Positions 35,652-45,906 of a DNA stretch of 45,906 bases are shown here, piece after piece (position 1 is the first letter of the stretch; each line of letters starts with the position of its first letter). A program made the translations under genes and the position numbers. The DNA is from Chiloscyllium plagiosum (taxonomy: Eukaryota). Where the stretch lies: the NCBI RefSeq assembly GCF_004010195.1, contig NC_057720.1, forward strand, positions 34,018,782-34,064,687, written 5' to 3'. Below the pieces are notes generated by a model. It worked only from the letters and a program-made list of their open reading frames with translations, searched no databases and had not been told where the DNA came from.

Positions 35652-36575
35652 GTTTGTCATCATATAAATGATTTGGATGAGAATATAGCAGGCATGGTTA
35701 GTAACTTTGCATAGTCGACAGGGAAGAAGTTTTTCTAAGATTACAAAGGGATCTTCTTCAAATGGGTTAATAAGCTGAAAAATGGCAGATGGGAGTTCAA
35801 TCTGGATGAATGCAAGGTATTGGATTTTGATACAACAAACAAGGGCAGGACGTATACAAATAATGATAGGGTCTTGGATAGTGTTGTAGAACAGAGGTAC
35901 CTAGGAATTCAGGTACATAATTCTTTGAAGTTTGCATCACAGGTGGACAGGGTGGTTAAAGAGGTGTTTAGCATGCTTGCCTTCATTGCTCAGTCCTTTG
36001 GGTACAGGAGTTGGGAAGACATTTTGAGGTTGTACAGGACATTGGTGAGGCCTGTTCTGGGATCTTGTATGCAGTTCTGGTCGCCCTGTAAATCAGAGAA
36101 GGTTCAGAAGAGATTTATCAAAATGTTGCCAAGTACAGAAGGTTTGACTTATAAAAAAAGGCTGGATAGACTGGGACTTTTTTCACTGGAGCGTAGGAGG
36201 TTGATTGGTAACCTTATAGAGGTTTATAAAATCATGAGGGGTATAGATAGGGTTAATAGTAAGTGTTGTTTCCCTAGGATGGGAAATTTCAAGATTAGGG
36301 GGTATACCTTTTAAGATGAGAGTAGAGAGATTTAAAAAAGACATGAGGAACATTTTTTTTTAAACAGAGGGTGTGGTATGAACTTTGAGGAAATGGTGGA
36401 TGTGGGCACTGTTCCACTGTTCAAAAAACACTTGGATAAGTACATGAATTGGAAAGGTTTGGAGGGATATGAGCCAGGAGCAGGCAGGTGGGACTAGTTT
36501 TTTTGGGGATTATGTTTGGCATGGACTGGTTTGACCGAAGGGTCGGTGTCTGTGCTGTATGACTCTACGTCTATG
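35652..36575 (+). mobile_element. 5'-truncated CR1 LINE ending about 230 nt before the last b4galt2 exon
   Basis: ORF 35820-36314 contains LYRTLVRP, QFWSP and LGLFSLERRRL; tail gctgtatgactctacgtctatg. Confidence 0.92.
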
Positions 36576-36804
36576 TCATTTGTAATTTTCACTCAGTGAT
36601 ACATTATAGAAGGCAGTGACCATTCATATTTTCAAAAAACCTGAGATCTATTAGTTGGTTCTGAGGACATGAGATTCATTTTTGAAGGTTTGCTAAGTCT
36701 GCAAGTTGCAGTGAGAGAAAACCCAACCATATTTAACCCATTAAAAGGAATCTTTTGACAACTAATTGTCTTGATTAAATATTTAAATTTAAATTCTTTT
36801 TCAG

Positions 36805-36955
36805 GTTTACAAAAATCCAGAACACTAAAGTTACAATGAAGCAAGATGGGATCAACTCCTTGAAATACAAACTGGTGAATGTAGCCAAATACCCGATGTA
36901 CACAAACATCACAGTGGACATTGGCACACCACCACCTCGGCCTTCAAGAGGATAG
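36805..36955 (+). CDS. b4galt2: Beta-1,4-galactosyltransferase 2, terminal coding exon including TAG stop
   Basis: Acceptor aaattctttttcag|G, in phase with the 20476-20580 exon (AG+G = Arg). Translation (R)FTKIQNTKVTMKQDGINSLKYKLVNVAKYPMYTNITVDIGTPPPRPSRG* closely resembles the vertebrate B4GALT2 C-terminus (FTKIQNTK..MK.DG...TNITVDIG.PP..P.RG) rather than B4GALT1/3/4. Confidence 0.93.
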
Positions 36956-37595
36956 CAGGTCATACTGTTCTTAAGGTGGTTCTCCTGGTCCATTAGCCTC
37001 ACAATGGACAATCTTCCAATCTATCTTTCTCCATTTTTCTCGTTCTGTCTCTCCAAAGAATTATGGTGACTAAATTACAAAAATAAAACTAACAAAGCGT
37101 GTGAAGGCGAGCAGAATGGAAAAGGTCCTCTTGCTGTATGAAGTGGCTAAAATACTGCCTTCTACAATTAAGAGATGTAAACAAGATGAGACCTGGATAC
37201 ACTAATCTGGGAGCATTTGTTGTTCTTAAGATGTTTTTGTGTGAAATCAAGTGGGAAATGCAGCTCTATACAATCTCTTTAGTACTCTTTAACAAAATTC
37301 TTGGTCTGTTTTAAGATGGCTTCCTCTAACAAAAATAAACTTAGTCTGTTTGGATCTGGTTCTCTGAAGGATCATTGCAACTGAACTTAATGCCAGATTA
37401 CTTTTGTTTTTGGTAAGACCTTATCTACAAGAAGATGTGCCTGCAAGGTCATTATGGGTCACAATGGTTTTTAACTCTTTGACTGCTGAATATTCTTTGC
37501 AGCTTTAAGAATTACTGTATGCTCATGTTTTCTACCATATAACATAAGAAGTTTCTTGTAAATTTCTAATATTGAATGTTACAAAGTTATTAAAA

Positions 37596-37631
37596 AATAA
37601 AGCAATTAAAGGAAAACAAAGGAATAATAAA
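37596..37631 (+). promoter_or_regulatory. Candidate polyadenylation-signal cluster for the b4galt2 3' UTR
   Basis: AATAAA (37596), ATTAAA (37605) and AATAAA (37626) clustered about 650 nt after the stop in repeat-free AT-rich sequence. Other AATAAA copies at 37082 and 37334 are alternatives. Confidence 0.4.
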
Positions 37632-38045
37632 TGCCTGGGTTTACAAAGTTTTTGCAAATAGTCTATGAGAAAGCCTTTGATAATGCTTATCAGTAAAATT
37701 TCATAGATGTGTTGGTGAAAAGTGATATTGACTGTGAAATTTATCCATATTGGATCCTAAATAGTGAGTATCGGGACAAAAAAAGAGACAATTGAGTAAA
37801 ATTTCAAGTGAAAAGGGGTGTATGAAACAGCCATATCTGTCACCAAAAGTATTCACCTCTCCACTGAAAAGATGATCAGAATTGGAGGTGCTTCCAGGGA
37901 TACAATTTGGAGGTAAGAACATAAGAAACCTGCAATTTGCTCAGAGCACAGCACTCAATTGCAGAGTCAGAAGAGGCACTGAAAAATTTGGTAGATTGGA
38001 TAAAATCTAGTTTAGAATGTGGATTGAATATGAACAGATTCTAGA

Positions 38046-39121
38046 TTAGAATGGTGCTGGAAAAGCACAGCAGCTCAGGCAGCATCTGAGGAGCAGTAAA
38101 ATCAACAAGTCCACATTGATGCCCTGAGGTTGAAGTGTTCCGAGGCGGAAGATGAGGCGTTCTTCCTCCAGGCGTCTAGTGGTGAGGGAGCAGCGGTGAA
38201 GGAGGTCCAGGACCTCCATGTCCTCGGCAGAGTCGGAGAGGGAGTTGAAATGTTGAGCCACAGGGCGGTGTGGTTGATTGGTGCGGGTGTCCCAGTGATG
38301 TTCCCTAAAGCGCTCTTTTAGGAGGCATCCAGTCTCCCCAATGTAGAGGAGACCGCATCAGGAGCAACGGATACAATAAATGATATTGGTGGATGTGCAG
38401 GTAAAACTTTGATGGATGTGGAAGGCTCCTTTAGGGCCTTGGATGGAGGTGAGGGAGGAGGTGTGGGCGCAGGTTTTGCAATTCCTGCGGTGGCAGGGAA
38501 AGGTGCCAGGATGGGAGTGTGGATTGAAGGGGGGCATGGACCTGACCAGGTAGTCACGGAGGGAACAGTCTTTGTGGAAGGCGGAAAGGGGTGGGGAGGG
38601 AAATATATCCCTGGTGGTGGGGTCCGTTTGGAGGTGGCGGAAATGTCGGCGGATGATTTGATTTATGCGAAGGTTGTTAGGGTGGAATGTGAGCACCAGG
38701 GGTGTTCTGTCCTTGTTACGGTTGGATGGGTGGGGTCTGAGGACGGAGGTGCGGGATGTGGACGAGATGCATTAGAGGTTCTGTGGTGGAACTGGTCCTG
38801 CTGGGAGCAGATACGGTGGAGGTGGAGGAATTGGGAATACGGGATGGCATTTTTGCAGGAGGTAGGGTGGGAAGAGGTGTAATCCAGGTAGCTGTGGGAG
38901 TCGGTGGGTTTGTAAAAAATGTCAGTGTCAAGTCGGTCGTTATTAATGGAGATGAAGAGGTCCAGGAAGGGGGGGGAGGTCAGAGATGGTCCAGGTAAAT
39001 TTAAGGTCAGGGTGGAATGTGTTGGTGAAGTTGATGAATTGCTCAACCTCCTTGCGGGAGCACAAGGTGGCGCCAATGCAGTAATCAATGTAGCGGAGGA
39101 AGAGGTGGGGAGTGGTGCCGC
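38046..39121 (-). mobile_element. Penelope-like element fragment (RT C-terminus, GIY-YIG, partial pLTR)
   Basis: LFLRYIDYCIG (YxDD position), PFLD, FYKPTDSHSYLDYTSSHP, a Cys-rich linker CHRRNCKTC, NIIYCIRCS*CGLLYIGETG, then gctgcctgagctgctgtgcttttccagc. Confidence 0.92.
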
Positions 39122-39770
39122 CAAAAAGACAGAAGTAATGATAGCTGGAAGGAATTTCTTACAAGAAACAAGTGTGAAGTTTGAACTAGATGGTCTCAAA
39201 CTGGGTAAAGTAGACAAGTTTGGCTTTTTAGAGAAAAAATGATAAGATGGCAGATGTGACACGTAGTTAGGAGGATAGACTTAGATATAAATTTGTGAAG
39301 ACAAAGGAAGAAAAGAAACCTCAAGCTTTAACAAGAAGAAATCTGAAATTGCTGCATTCTATCCACCTTCACATATGCCTCAGAAATAAGTAAATAAGAA
39401 CTACAGATGAAAATAGAGTTATAGGAAGTCATGTGCTCCTCATGAAACAGATGAGGAAATCCTTGAAAATTGCAAGAAAATATCAGTATTCTGGTTACTT
39501 GATCAGATCCAAAGTGCTACAATGATGTCTCCAGAGGGAAGAAAAGGGATCAACCAAGATATTGTTGGATGAAGGATGTCCTTGAGTGTTTGCATATGAG
39601 GTAATGTTGTCGTGGTAATGTCACTGGAGTGGTAATTGAGAGACCTAGGTCAATTCTGTAGGGATATGGGTCAAATCCCACTATGATTGCTTATTGAATT
39701 GAGGTAAATTGGCCAAGTAGGCTCACTGTTGGATTTTGGTTCCAGTCTCTCTGAAGGCTTAGGTTGAATC

Positions 39771-39845
39771 GCATGGTGGCTCAATGGTTGGCACTTCTGA
39801 CTCACAGTTCCAGGGACCCAGGTTCAATTCTACTCTTGGACAATT
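39771..39845 (+). mobile_element. HE1-type SINE 5' head, truncated by the adjacent Penelope
   Basis: gcatggtggctcaatggttggcact...gggacccaggttcaattc. Confidence 0.7.
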
Positions 39846-39847
39846 TC

Positions 39848-40978
39848 AGGGTTCTTAGCAGAGGCAGGAATGCTGAGACTCAAACAAACAGCTCTGCCAA
39901 CCATCCAACCCAAGCTTTGGGTCCGCTACGTGGATGACACCTTTGTTATCACTAAACGAAACAAATTAGAGAAAACCTTCAAGACCATCAATAATACTCT
40001 TACTGCCATAAATTTCACTAAAGAGGAGGAAAACAACAACAAACTGCCATTCCTAGATGTCACAGTAGAGCGAACAGCCAATGGGCAACTTCAAACCAGC
40101 GTCTACAGGAAAACAACACATGCAGACCAAATATTGAACTACAGAAGCAATCATCCCAACATCCACAAACGAAGCTGCATCAGAACATTATTTCAACGAG
40201 CCAACACACACTGCAGCACAGAGGAACTACGCAGAGCAGAGGAAAATCACCTATACCGGGTGTTCAAAAAGAATGGGTACCCAAAGAACACAGTCCGCTG
40301 ATGTTTCAGCAACAAACCCAAACAAGCAGACAAAACACATCCAGAACATCCTAGCTACTCTCCCCTTCATAAAAGACATCTTGGAAATGACTGCCAGACT
40401 ACTCAGGCCCTTTGGCATCATGGTAGCCCACAAACCTACCAACACACTAAAACAGCAGCTAATGAACTTGAAAGACCCTATACACCCAACAAGCAAAACT
40501 AATGTCATGTACAAAATACCGTGCAAAAACTGTAACAATCACTACATTGGACAAACAGGCAGAAAACTAGCCACCAGGATACATGAACACCAACTAGCCA
40601 CAAAACGACATAACCATCTCTCACTAGTATCCTTCCATACAGATGAATAAGGACACCACTTCGACTGGGACAACACATCCATCTTAGGACAAGCCAAACA
40701 GAGACACGCATGAGAATTCCTAGAAGCATGGCATTCCAACCAGAACTCTATCAACAAACACATTGAGTTAGACCCCCATCTACCACCCCTGAGAAAAATA
40801 ACAGGAAATGACATCACCACAGGAAATAACATCACCAACCCAAAGAAACCCAAACATAAATAGAAGGCAGGAATCAAGTACACTGCTTCGCCTGAGGCCC
40901 ACTGAAAATGTTATCTGGTAAGGTGATGAAATGTCTGGAATTGAACCTCCCAGCTCAGCGAGCAAACCTACATCCACA
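39848..40978 (+). mobile_element. Penelope-like element of a distinct family (RT C-terminus, GIY-YIG, 3' repeat)
   Basis: LWVRYVDDTFVI, LPFLDV, VYRKTTH, SNHP, NGYP, then NVMYKIPCKNCNNHYIGQTGRKLATRIHEH. Lacks the Cys-rich linker of the 38-kb family. Degenerate hammerhead at 40902-40935. Confidence 0.92.
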
Positions 40979-41809
40979 TTTAAGACAGAGATGAGGAGGT
41001 ATCTGTTGGCTCATTAAGTATATTCAAGATTGAGATAGTTTTTTAATCGCTGTGGGAATCGAGGGCTATAAGGAAAGGCAGGAAAGTGGAGTTGAGGGTA
41101 ATCAGATCAGCCTTGCTGTCACTGAACGATGGAGCAGATTCATTGGGCTGAAAGGTGTACTTCTGTTCCTGCGTCTTATCTTATGGTGGATGAATGAAGA
41201 CAACACAAGACAAATTAGTGTGACAAAACATAACAGCTGTTCTTCTGGCAATAGTAGATGCACACAGCAGTAGCAGAAAGGAATTGAAATCCTTTAATTC
41301 AGTGAAATCCCAAGTGCACAATCCAATTTTCCATTCTTTTGAAGTTTACAGTTCTGCTACTGCCCAATTGTGTCCTCACCAAAATTGAATTTCACCACTT
41401 TTCATTTCACCATAAACAAACATTACACAGCTTTGATGTTTTGGCACACAGACATAAAAAGCCAGCAGAAGAACAGTAGAGCAATCTGGAGGCATGAAAA
41501 CTTTTCCGCTTTGACTCCTTCCTTTTTTTATTGCACATCTGTAAACCAAATGTAAATCTGAAATCAATATTCTCAGACAAGTAGATTGCTGGTCATTCTT
41601 CTGAATGATGAAAGGAATGTTTATTACTTTGGACACGTTAAGTGATGCATCTGATTCTAACAAGATGTTAATGTGATTTACAAATTCTTTTAGGAACAGC
41701 AAGTTCTTTTCCAAACCATACACCATTCCTGACTCGGAACAATATTGTTGTTCTTTCACTGTTACTGCGTCAAAAGCCTGGATCATCTTTCTAAGAGTAA
41801 TGTGGCTGC

Positions 41810-41920
41810 ATCTACAATGGGTGAATTGCGGTGATTCAAAAGTCAGCTTACCACCACCACCTTAAGCGCAATAAGGGATGGACAATAAATTCTGACCTTT
41901 CCAGCTACTCTCTCATAACA
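41810..41920 (+). mobile_element. LINE 3' tail fragment
   Basis: ttcaaaagtcagcttaccaccaccacctt..gcaataagggatggacaataaatt. Confidence 0.45.
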
Positions 41921-41957
41921 TAAAAGATCAAACACTAAAGCTGACTATAATTCTGTT

Positions 41958-42086
41958 ATTCCTGATGATGGGCTTATGCCCAAAACATCGATTCTTCTGC
42001 TCCTTGGATGCTGCCTGACCTGCTGCACTTTTCTAGCACCACACTTTAGCCTCTGATCTCCAGCATCTGCAGTCCTTGCTTTTTCT
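41958..42086 (+). mobile_element. Solo Penelope pLTR with mutated hammerhead core
   Basis: CTGATGA-t-GGGC-ttat-GCCC-AAAAC-ATC (G12 changed to A), then gctgcctgacctgctg...tctgatctccagcatctgcagtcc. Confidence 0.85.
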
Positions 42087-42087
42087 C

Positions 42088-43042
42088 AATACTCATATAC
42101 TAATCCAGACGTCCCTTAAATGTTGTAATTATACCGCGTGGGCGGCACGGTGGCACAGTGGTTAGCACTGCTGCCTCACAGCGCCTGAGACCCGGGTTCA
42201 ATTCCCGCCTCAGGCGACCGACTGTGTGGAGTTTGCACGTTCTCCCCGTGTCTGCGTGGGTTTCCTCCGGGTGCTCCGGTTTCCTCCCACAGTCCAAAAG
42301 ATGTGCAGGGTCGGTGAATTGGCCATGCTAAATTGCCTGTAGTCCCCCCCCCCCCCCACCACACACACACACACACACAAACACACACCCCATTCCTAAA
42401 CCTATTCCCTCTAGTTTTGGACTCACCCACCCTGGGGAAAAGACTTTGGCTGTTCATCCTATCCATGCCCCTCATGACTTTATAAGTCTCTATAAGATTA
42501 CCCCTCAGACTCCGACATTTCAGGGAAGATAGCCCCAGCCTATTCAGACTCTCCCCATAGCTCAAATCTTCCAATCCTGGCAAAATCCTTGAATATCTTT
42601 TCTGAACCCTTTCAAGTTTCACAACATCTTTCCTATAGCAGGGAGGTCAGAATTGCATGGTATATTCCAAACTTGGCCTGTATTGCCGCAACATGACCTC
42701 CCAACCCCTACACTCAATGAACTGGCCAATAAAGGCAAGCATACCAAACACCCTCTTAAACATCCTGTCAATCTGCAGCTCTACTGTCATGGAACTTTGA
42801 ACCTGCACTCCAAGGTCTCTTTGTTCAGCAACCCTCTCCAGGACCTCACCATTAAGTGTATAAGTGCTGCCCTGATTTGCCTTTCCAAAATGCAGCACTT
42901 CACATTTATCTGAATTAAACTCCATCTGCCACTCCTCAGCCCATTGGCCCGTCTGATCAAGATCGCGTTGTACTCTGAGGTAACCTTGACTGTTCTCTGC
43001 ACCTCCAATTTTGGTGTCATCTGCAAACTCACTAACCATAGC
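42088..43042 (-). mobile_element. 5'-truncated CR1 LINE
   Basis: EFADDTKIGG, WQMEFNSDKCEVLHFG, LERVQKR and LRGNLIETYK on the minus strand. Confidence 0.92.
42140..42343 (+). mobile_element. 3'-truncated, CpG-rich HE1-type SINE inside CR1, followed by poly(C)/(CA)n
   Basis: ggcggcacggtggcacagtggttagcactgctgcctcacagcgcc, B box ggttcaattccc and V domain; ends in a C-run and CA repeat (42344-42390). Confidence 0.92.
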
Positions 43043-43994
43043 TTCTACATATGGTGATAGTATTGTTATTTTAGTGTGACATTACCATATGTCCTTGAAC
43101 AGGCTGAACAGATAAAAGGTGTTTGCCAACGATGCTGATGGAGACAATATTTTCACAGTGTGATAACTTGCTAGGTTTACCTCTCTTTGTGTTCATTTCC
43201 ATTCTATGGCACATATGCACCTAGGCTCTGGAGAGCTGACTTGAAGGGAATAGGAAAGGAATCTACCAAAGCATATTGTCTTGCCTTGCCTTGAACTTGA
43301 AATGTCTGGAGCCTGAAGCTGCTTGTATGTTGGTGCCTTTGGCTATCCTTGGTTTACAGTTAACTTAAATAACAATACACAGAACTTTAATAATTTGTAG
43401 TAGTGCTTTAAATACAGTGAAATCATAGTAGCAGTATGTTAAACTTAATAGTAATTCTTAGCAGTTTTGTTAGAAATCAGTCTTTGTGCTTAAATTGATT
43501 GCTACTTTAATCACAGTTGTATTTTGTGAGTTCACAGCACCGTGTTCATCCCTAACCAGCAACAATTCGTATGGTTGGTTAGTTGTTTACCTGAAATATG
43601 TAATGTGATCCATTGGCTGATTTCAGTTGATTGATGTTTTAATCATAGTTACGATTCATAATTTTTAATAGTCGCACCTTAGTAGGCTCTCTAACAGTAG
43701 CACCATAACCTTTGTGGTGTGTTACCAAGAGATGTATTGATCATAGAGTAAGCTCTACAATTATTATAGCTTCACATTTTTCTCCGCTGCATTAGTCAGA
43801 TATAATTATGCCAATTCATCTTGAGGAGCCTTTCATGTCCCTGCACTGGGTAAGTCTGTTAGTGCTGTTTTCCTTACTGTACAAACATTTGTGAGTATAG
43901 TTTATTATATGCTCTCATTTGTGTTTAGTGCACTTGCTATGGTCAATACAAATTGCTGATGTATAACTGCAATACGTTAATGAACCCAAGTATT

Positions 43995-44029
<35 letters not shown>
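43995..44029. repeat. (CA)n(TA)n microsatellite at the left end of a DNA transposon
   Basis: acacacacatatatat... Confidence 0.95.
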
Positions 44030-44759
44030 GGTAGTTCTCAGATAGCGCATGTTCCAGCAGAGCAGTTTGCTTTTAACATTGCTGAGGAATTAAGGAACAG
44101 TATTTTCGAGAATGCTTACCTCTGTTCACAAAAGCACATTTCCAGCAGGAATTGTTTTGTGCCGTTAGTCCTGCACATGCGCCGATGTCAGCTGCCGACA
44201 GAGCAGCTTTCTGTGAGAGATACTGTACAGAGAGCAGCTTCCTGAGAGAGACACATTGAACAGCTTCCTGTGAAAGGTACACTACCCTTGGATTTATCCC
44301 TTTTGTTGAAAAAATGGAGGGGTATAGGGACAAGAATGTTAGCAAGAAGCGTACCGAGATAAAATTCTGGGTGGAACGCAAAAAGACAAGGTACAACACT
44401 GGAAAAGAAGCTGGATATTGTAAAATGCTTTGAGCATTAGGAGAGAATATGTGATGTAACTCGCTTAACAGAATGAGGGAGTCTACCTTACGCACCATGA
44501 AGATCATCTGTCCCTGAATTAACAATTTTTTAAAAAATGTACTGTTAAATTTACTTTTGTTTCATTGATAGATATGATTTATACCTTCATTCAGACAGTG
44601 TTAGACGTTTGGGTGATTTTTGAGTGATCATGAGTGATATTGTTTGCTGATCTGTCCCAGCCCCACTTTTCCCAGAGGCCCCATTATTTATGTTCAGCAA
44701 TTTTCTATTAAGTGAGGTTTTGCTGGAACACAACTATGGCGTTATAGGAGAACTACCTG
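44028..44759 (+). mobile_element. Non-autonomous Tigger/pogo (Tc1-mariner superfamily) DNA transposon
   Basis: Terminal inverted repeats taggtagttctc.gata.cgc..atgttccagca and tgctggaaca..gcgttataggagaactacctg. The internal remnant at 44381-44501 translates KRQGTTLEKKLDIVKCFEH*ERICDVTRLT../ESTLRTMK, a psq/CENP-B-type HTH. Left end abuts (TA)n. Confidence 0.82.
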
Positions 44760-45339
44760 GAATGAGATTCCCACATTGTGCTCACCATTGCTGATCATAC
44801 AAATGGGCGCCGAAGTGCTAGTTCTCTGCATCTGTAGGCCTTAGGTCTCCTTTGATGAATTTTCCCAGAGTTTACATTTCACTTATTATGCTAACTGTGG
44901 GAGCTGTTTTCTTTCTTCCAGCTAGAGGGATTACAGGAAATTTACATTCTTTGGGCATTTGTTGCCAAATTTGGATCAAGATTTGCCATTTTGACAAATG
45001 ATGGACCTAGAACTATCCTGTCTAGGGTGTGTAGGTTTCATTGGCCATTTATAATTCTGTGATGTGATCAGTACAACAGGAGTTAAACACACCTTTATCA
45101 TTTCCTTAGTTTCTTTTACAAACAGAGACTGAACTTAAAACAATTATTTTGACATGCAGTGTGATACACTCTGCCCCCAAGAGAAACCTTTGGGACTCTG
45201 TAGAGTGGAGCCTGCACGTACTTTAAGCATTGCAGCTGTGTTCAGTGGTCAATATCTCAACATAGTTTGTTTGTCATTATTTACTTCCTCCTGTGTTACA
45301 TTAACAGCATAGCAGCAGGCCACAAGAGATTCACGAGAA

Positions 45340-45750
45340 TGGTCTGAGGAATGAAAAGCTGAACATATGAGGTATTTTTGAGGACTCTGGGTCCACACTT
45401 GATGGAGTTTAGAAGGATATAGGGGGATCTAATTGAAACTTACAGGATACTGATTGGCCTGGACAGAGTGATTGTTGGGAAGATATTTCCATTAATAGGA
45501 GAGACTAGGAACCGAGGGCACAGACTTAGAGTAAAGGGAAGACATTTTAGAACAGAGATAAGAAGAAATTTCTTCAGCCAGAGAGTGGTGAGTCTATGGA
45601 ATTCACTACTATAGTGGGCTGTGGAGGCCAGGTCATTGAGTATATTTAGAACTGAAATAGATAGCTTCTTAATTTTCAAGGGGATCAAGGGTTTGGGGAG
45701 AAAGCAGGAGAATGGAGTTGAGAAACTTATTAGGCATAATTGAATGGTGA
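45340..45750 (+). mobile_element. CR1 3' end fragment
   Basis: ggggatctaattgaaacttacaggatactg, ctaggaaccgagggcacag and ttcttcagccagagagtggtgagtctatggaattc. Confidence 0.88.
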
Positions 45751-45906
45751 GATAGTGAGGACTTCAGATGCTGGAGACCCGAGTTGAAAAATGTGGTGCT
45801 GGAAAAACACAGCAGGCCAGGCAGCATCTGAGGAGCAGGAGAATCGACGTTTCAGGCATAAGCCCTTCTTCAGGAATGAGGCTGGTGTGCCAAGCAGGCT
45901 GAGATA
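45748..45906 (-). mobile_element. Penelope pLTR running off the window end, with near-intact hammerhead core (45846-45873)
   Basis: Minus strand reads attcCTGAAGA-a-GGGC-ttat-GCCT-GAAAC-GTC-gattctcctgctcctcagatgctgcc. Confidence 0.87.

Larger units (their letters stand above)
20581..36804 (+). other. b4galt2: Last intron of b4galt2 (16,224 nt, GT-AG, phase 2)
   Basis: Begins gtaggt and ends ttttcag; joining the flanking exons keeps the reading frame (NPQ-R-FTK). Confidence 0.88.

Overview
This is eukaryotic genomic DNA from a cartilaginous fish. The HE1-type SINEs, shark-type CR1 LINEs and Penelope families point to a shark, though the species is inference. The only host gene I can support is the 3' end of beta-1,4-galactosyltransferase 2 (b4galt2) on the + strand: a 105-nt internal exon (20476-20580) and the terminal coding exon (36805-36955), separated by a 16.2-kb phase-2 intron. 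The preceding exon was not found, so bases 1-20475 are probably another large intron. Neither exon appears in the supplied ORF track; most listed ORFs are transposon remnants or chance antisense ORFs. The rest is a nested mosaic of mobile elements: many CR1 LINE fragments, HE1 SINEs, Tx1/L1-clade fragments, an internally deleted Gypsy element with both LTRs and a 5-bp target-site duplication (TSD), a Tigger/pogo deletion derivative, Penelope-like elements of about three families, and a 29-bp minisatellite with an emerging 58-bp higher-order repeat. The most notable hidden signals are minimal hammerhead-ribozyme cores in the Penelope terminal repeats (including tiny TSD-flanked hairpin insertions) and a CR1 copy with a twin-priming-like 5' inversion. 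There is no evidence of a prokaryotic system or CRISPR array. All calls come from reading the sequence; no database searches were run, and repeat boundaries are approximate.
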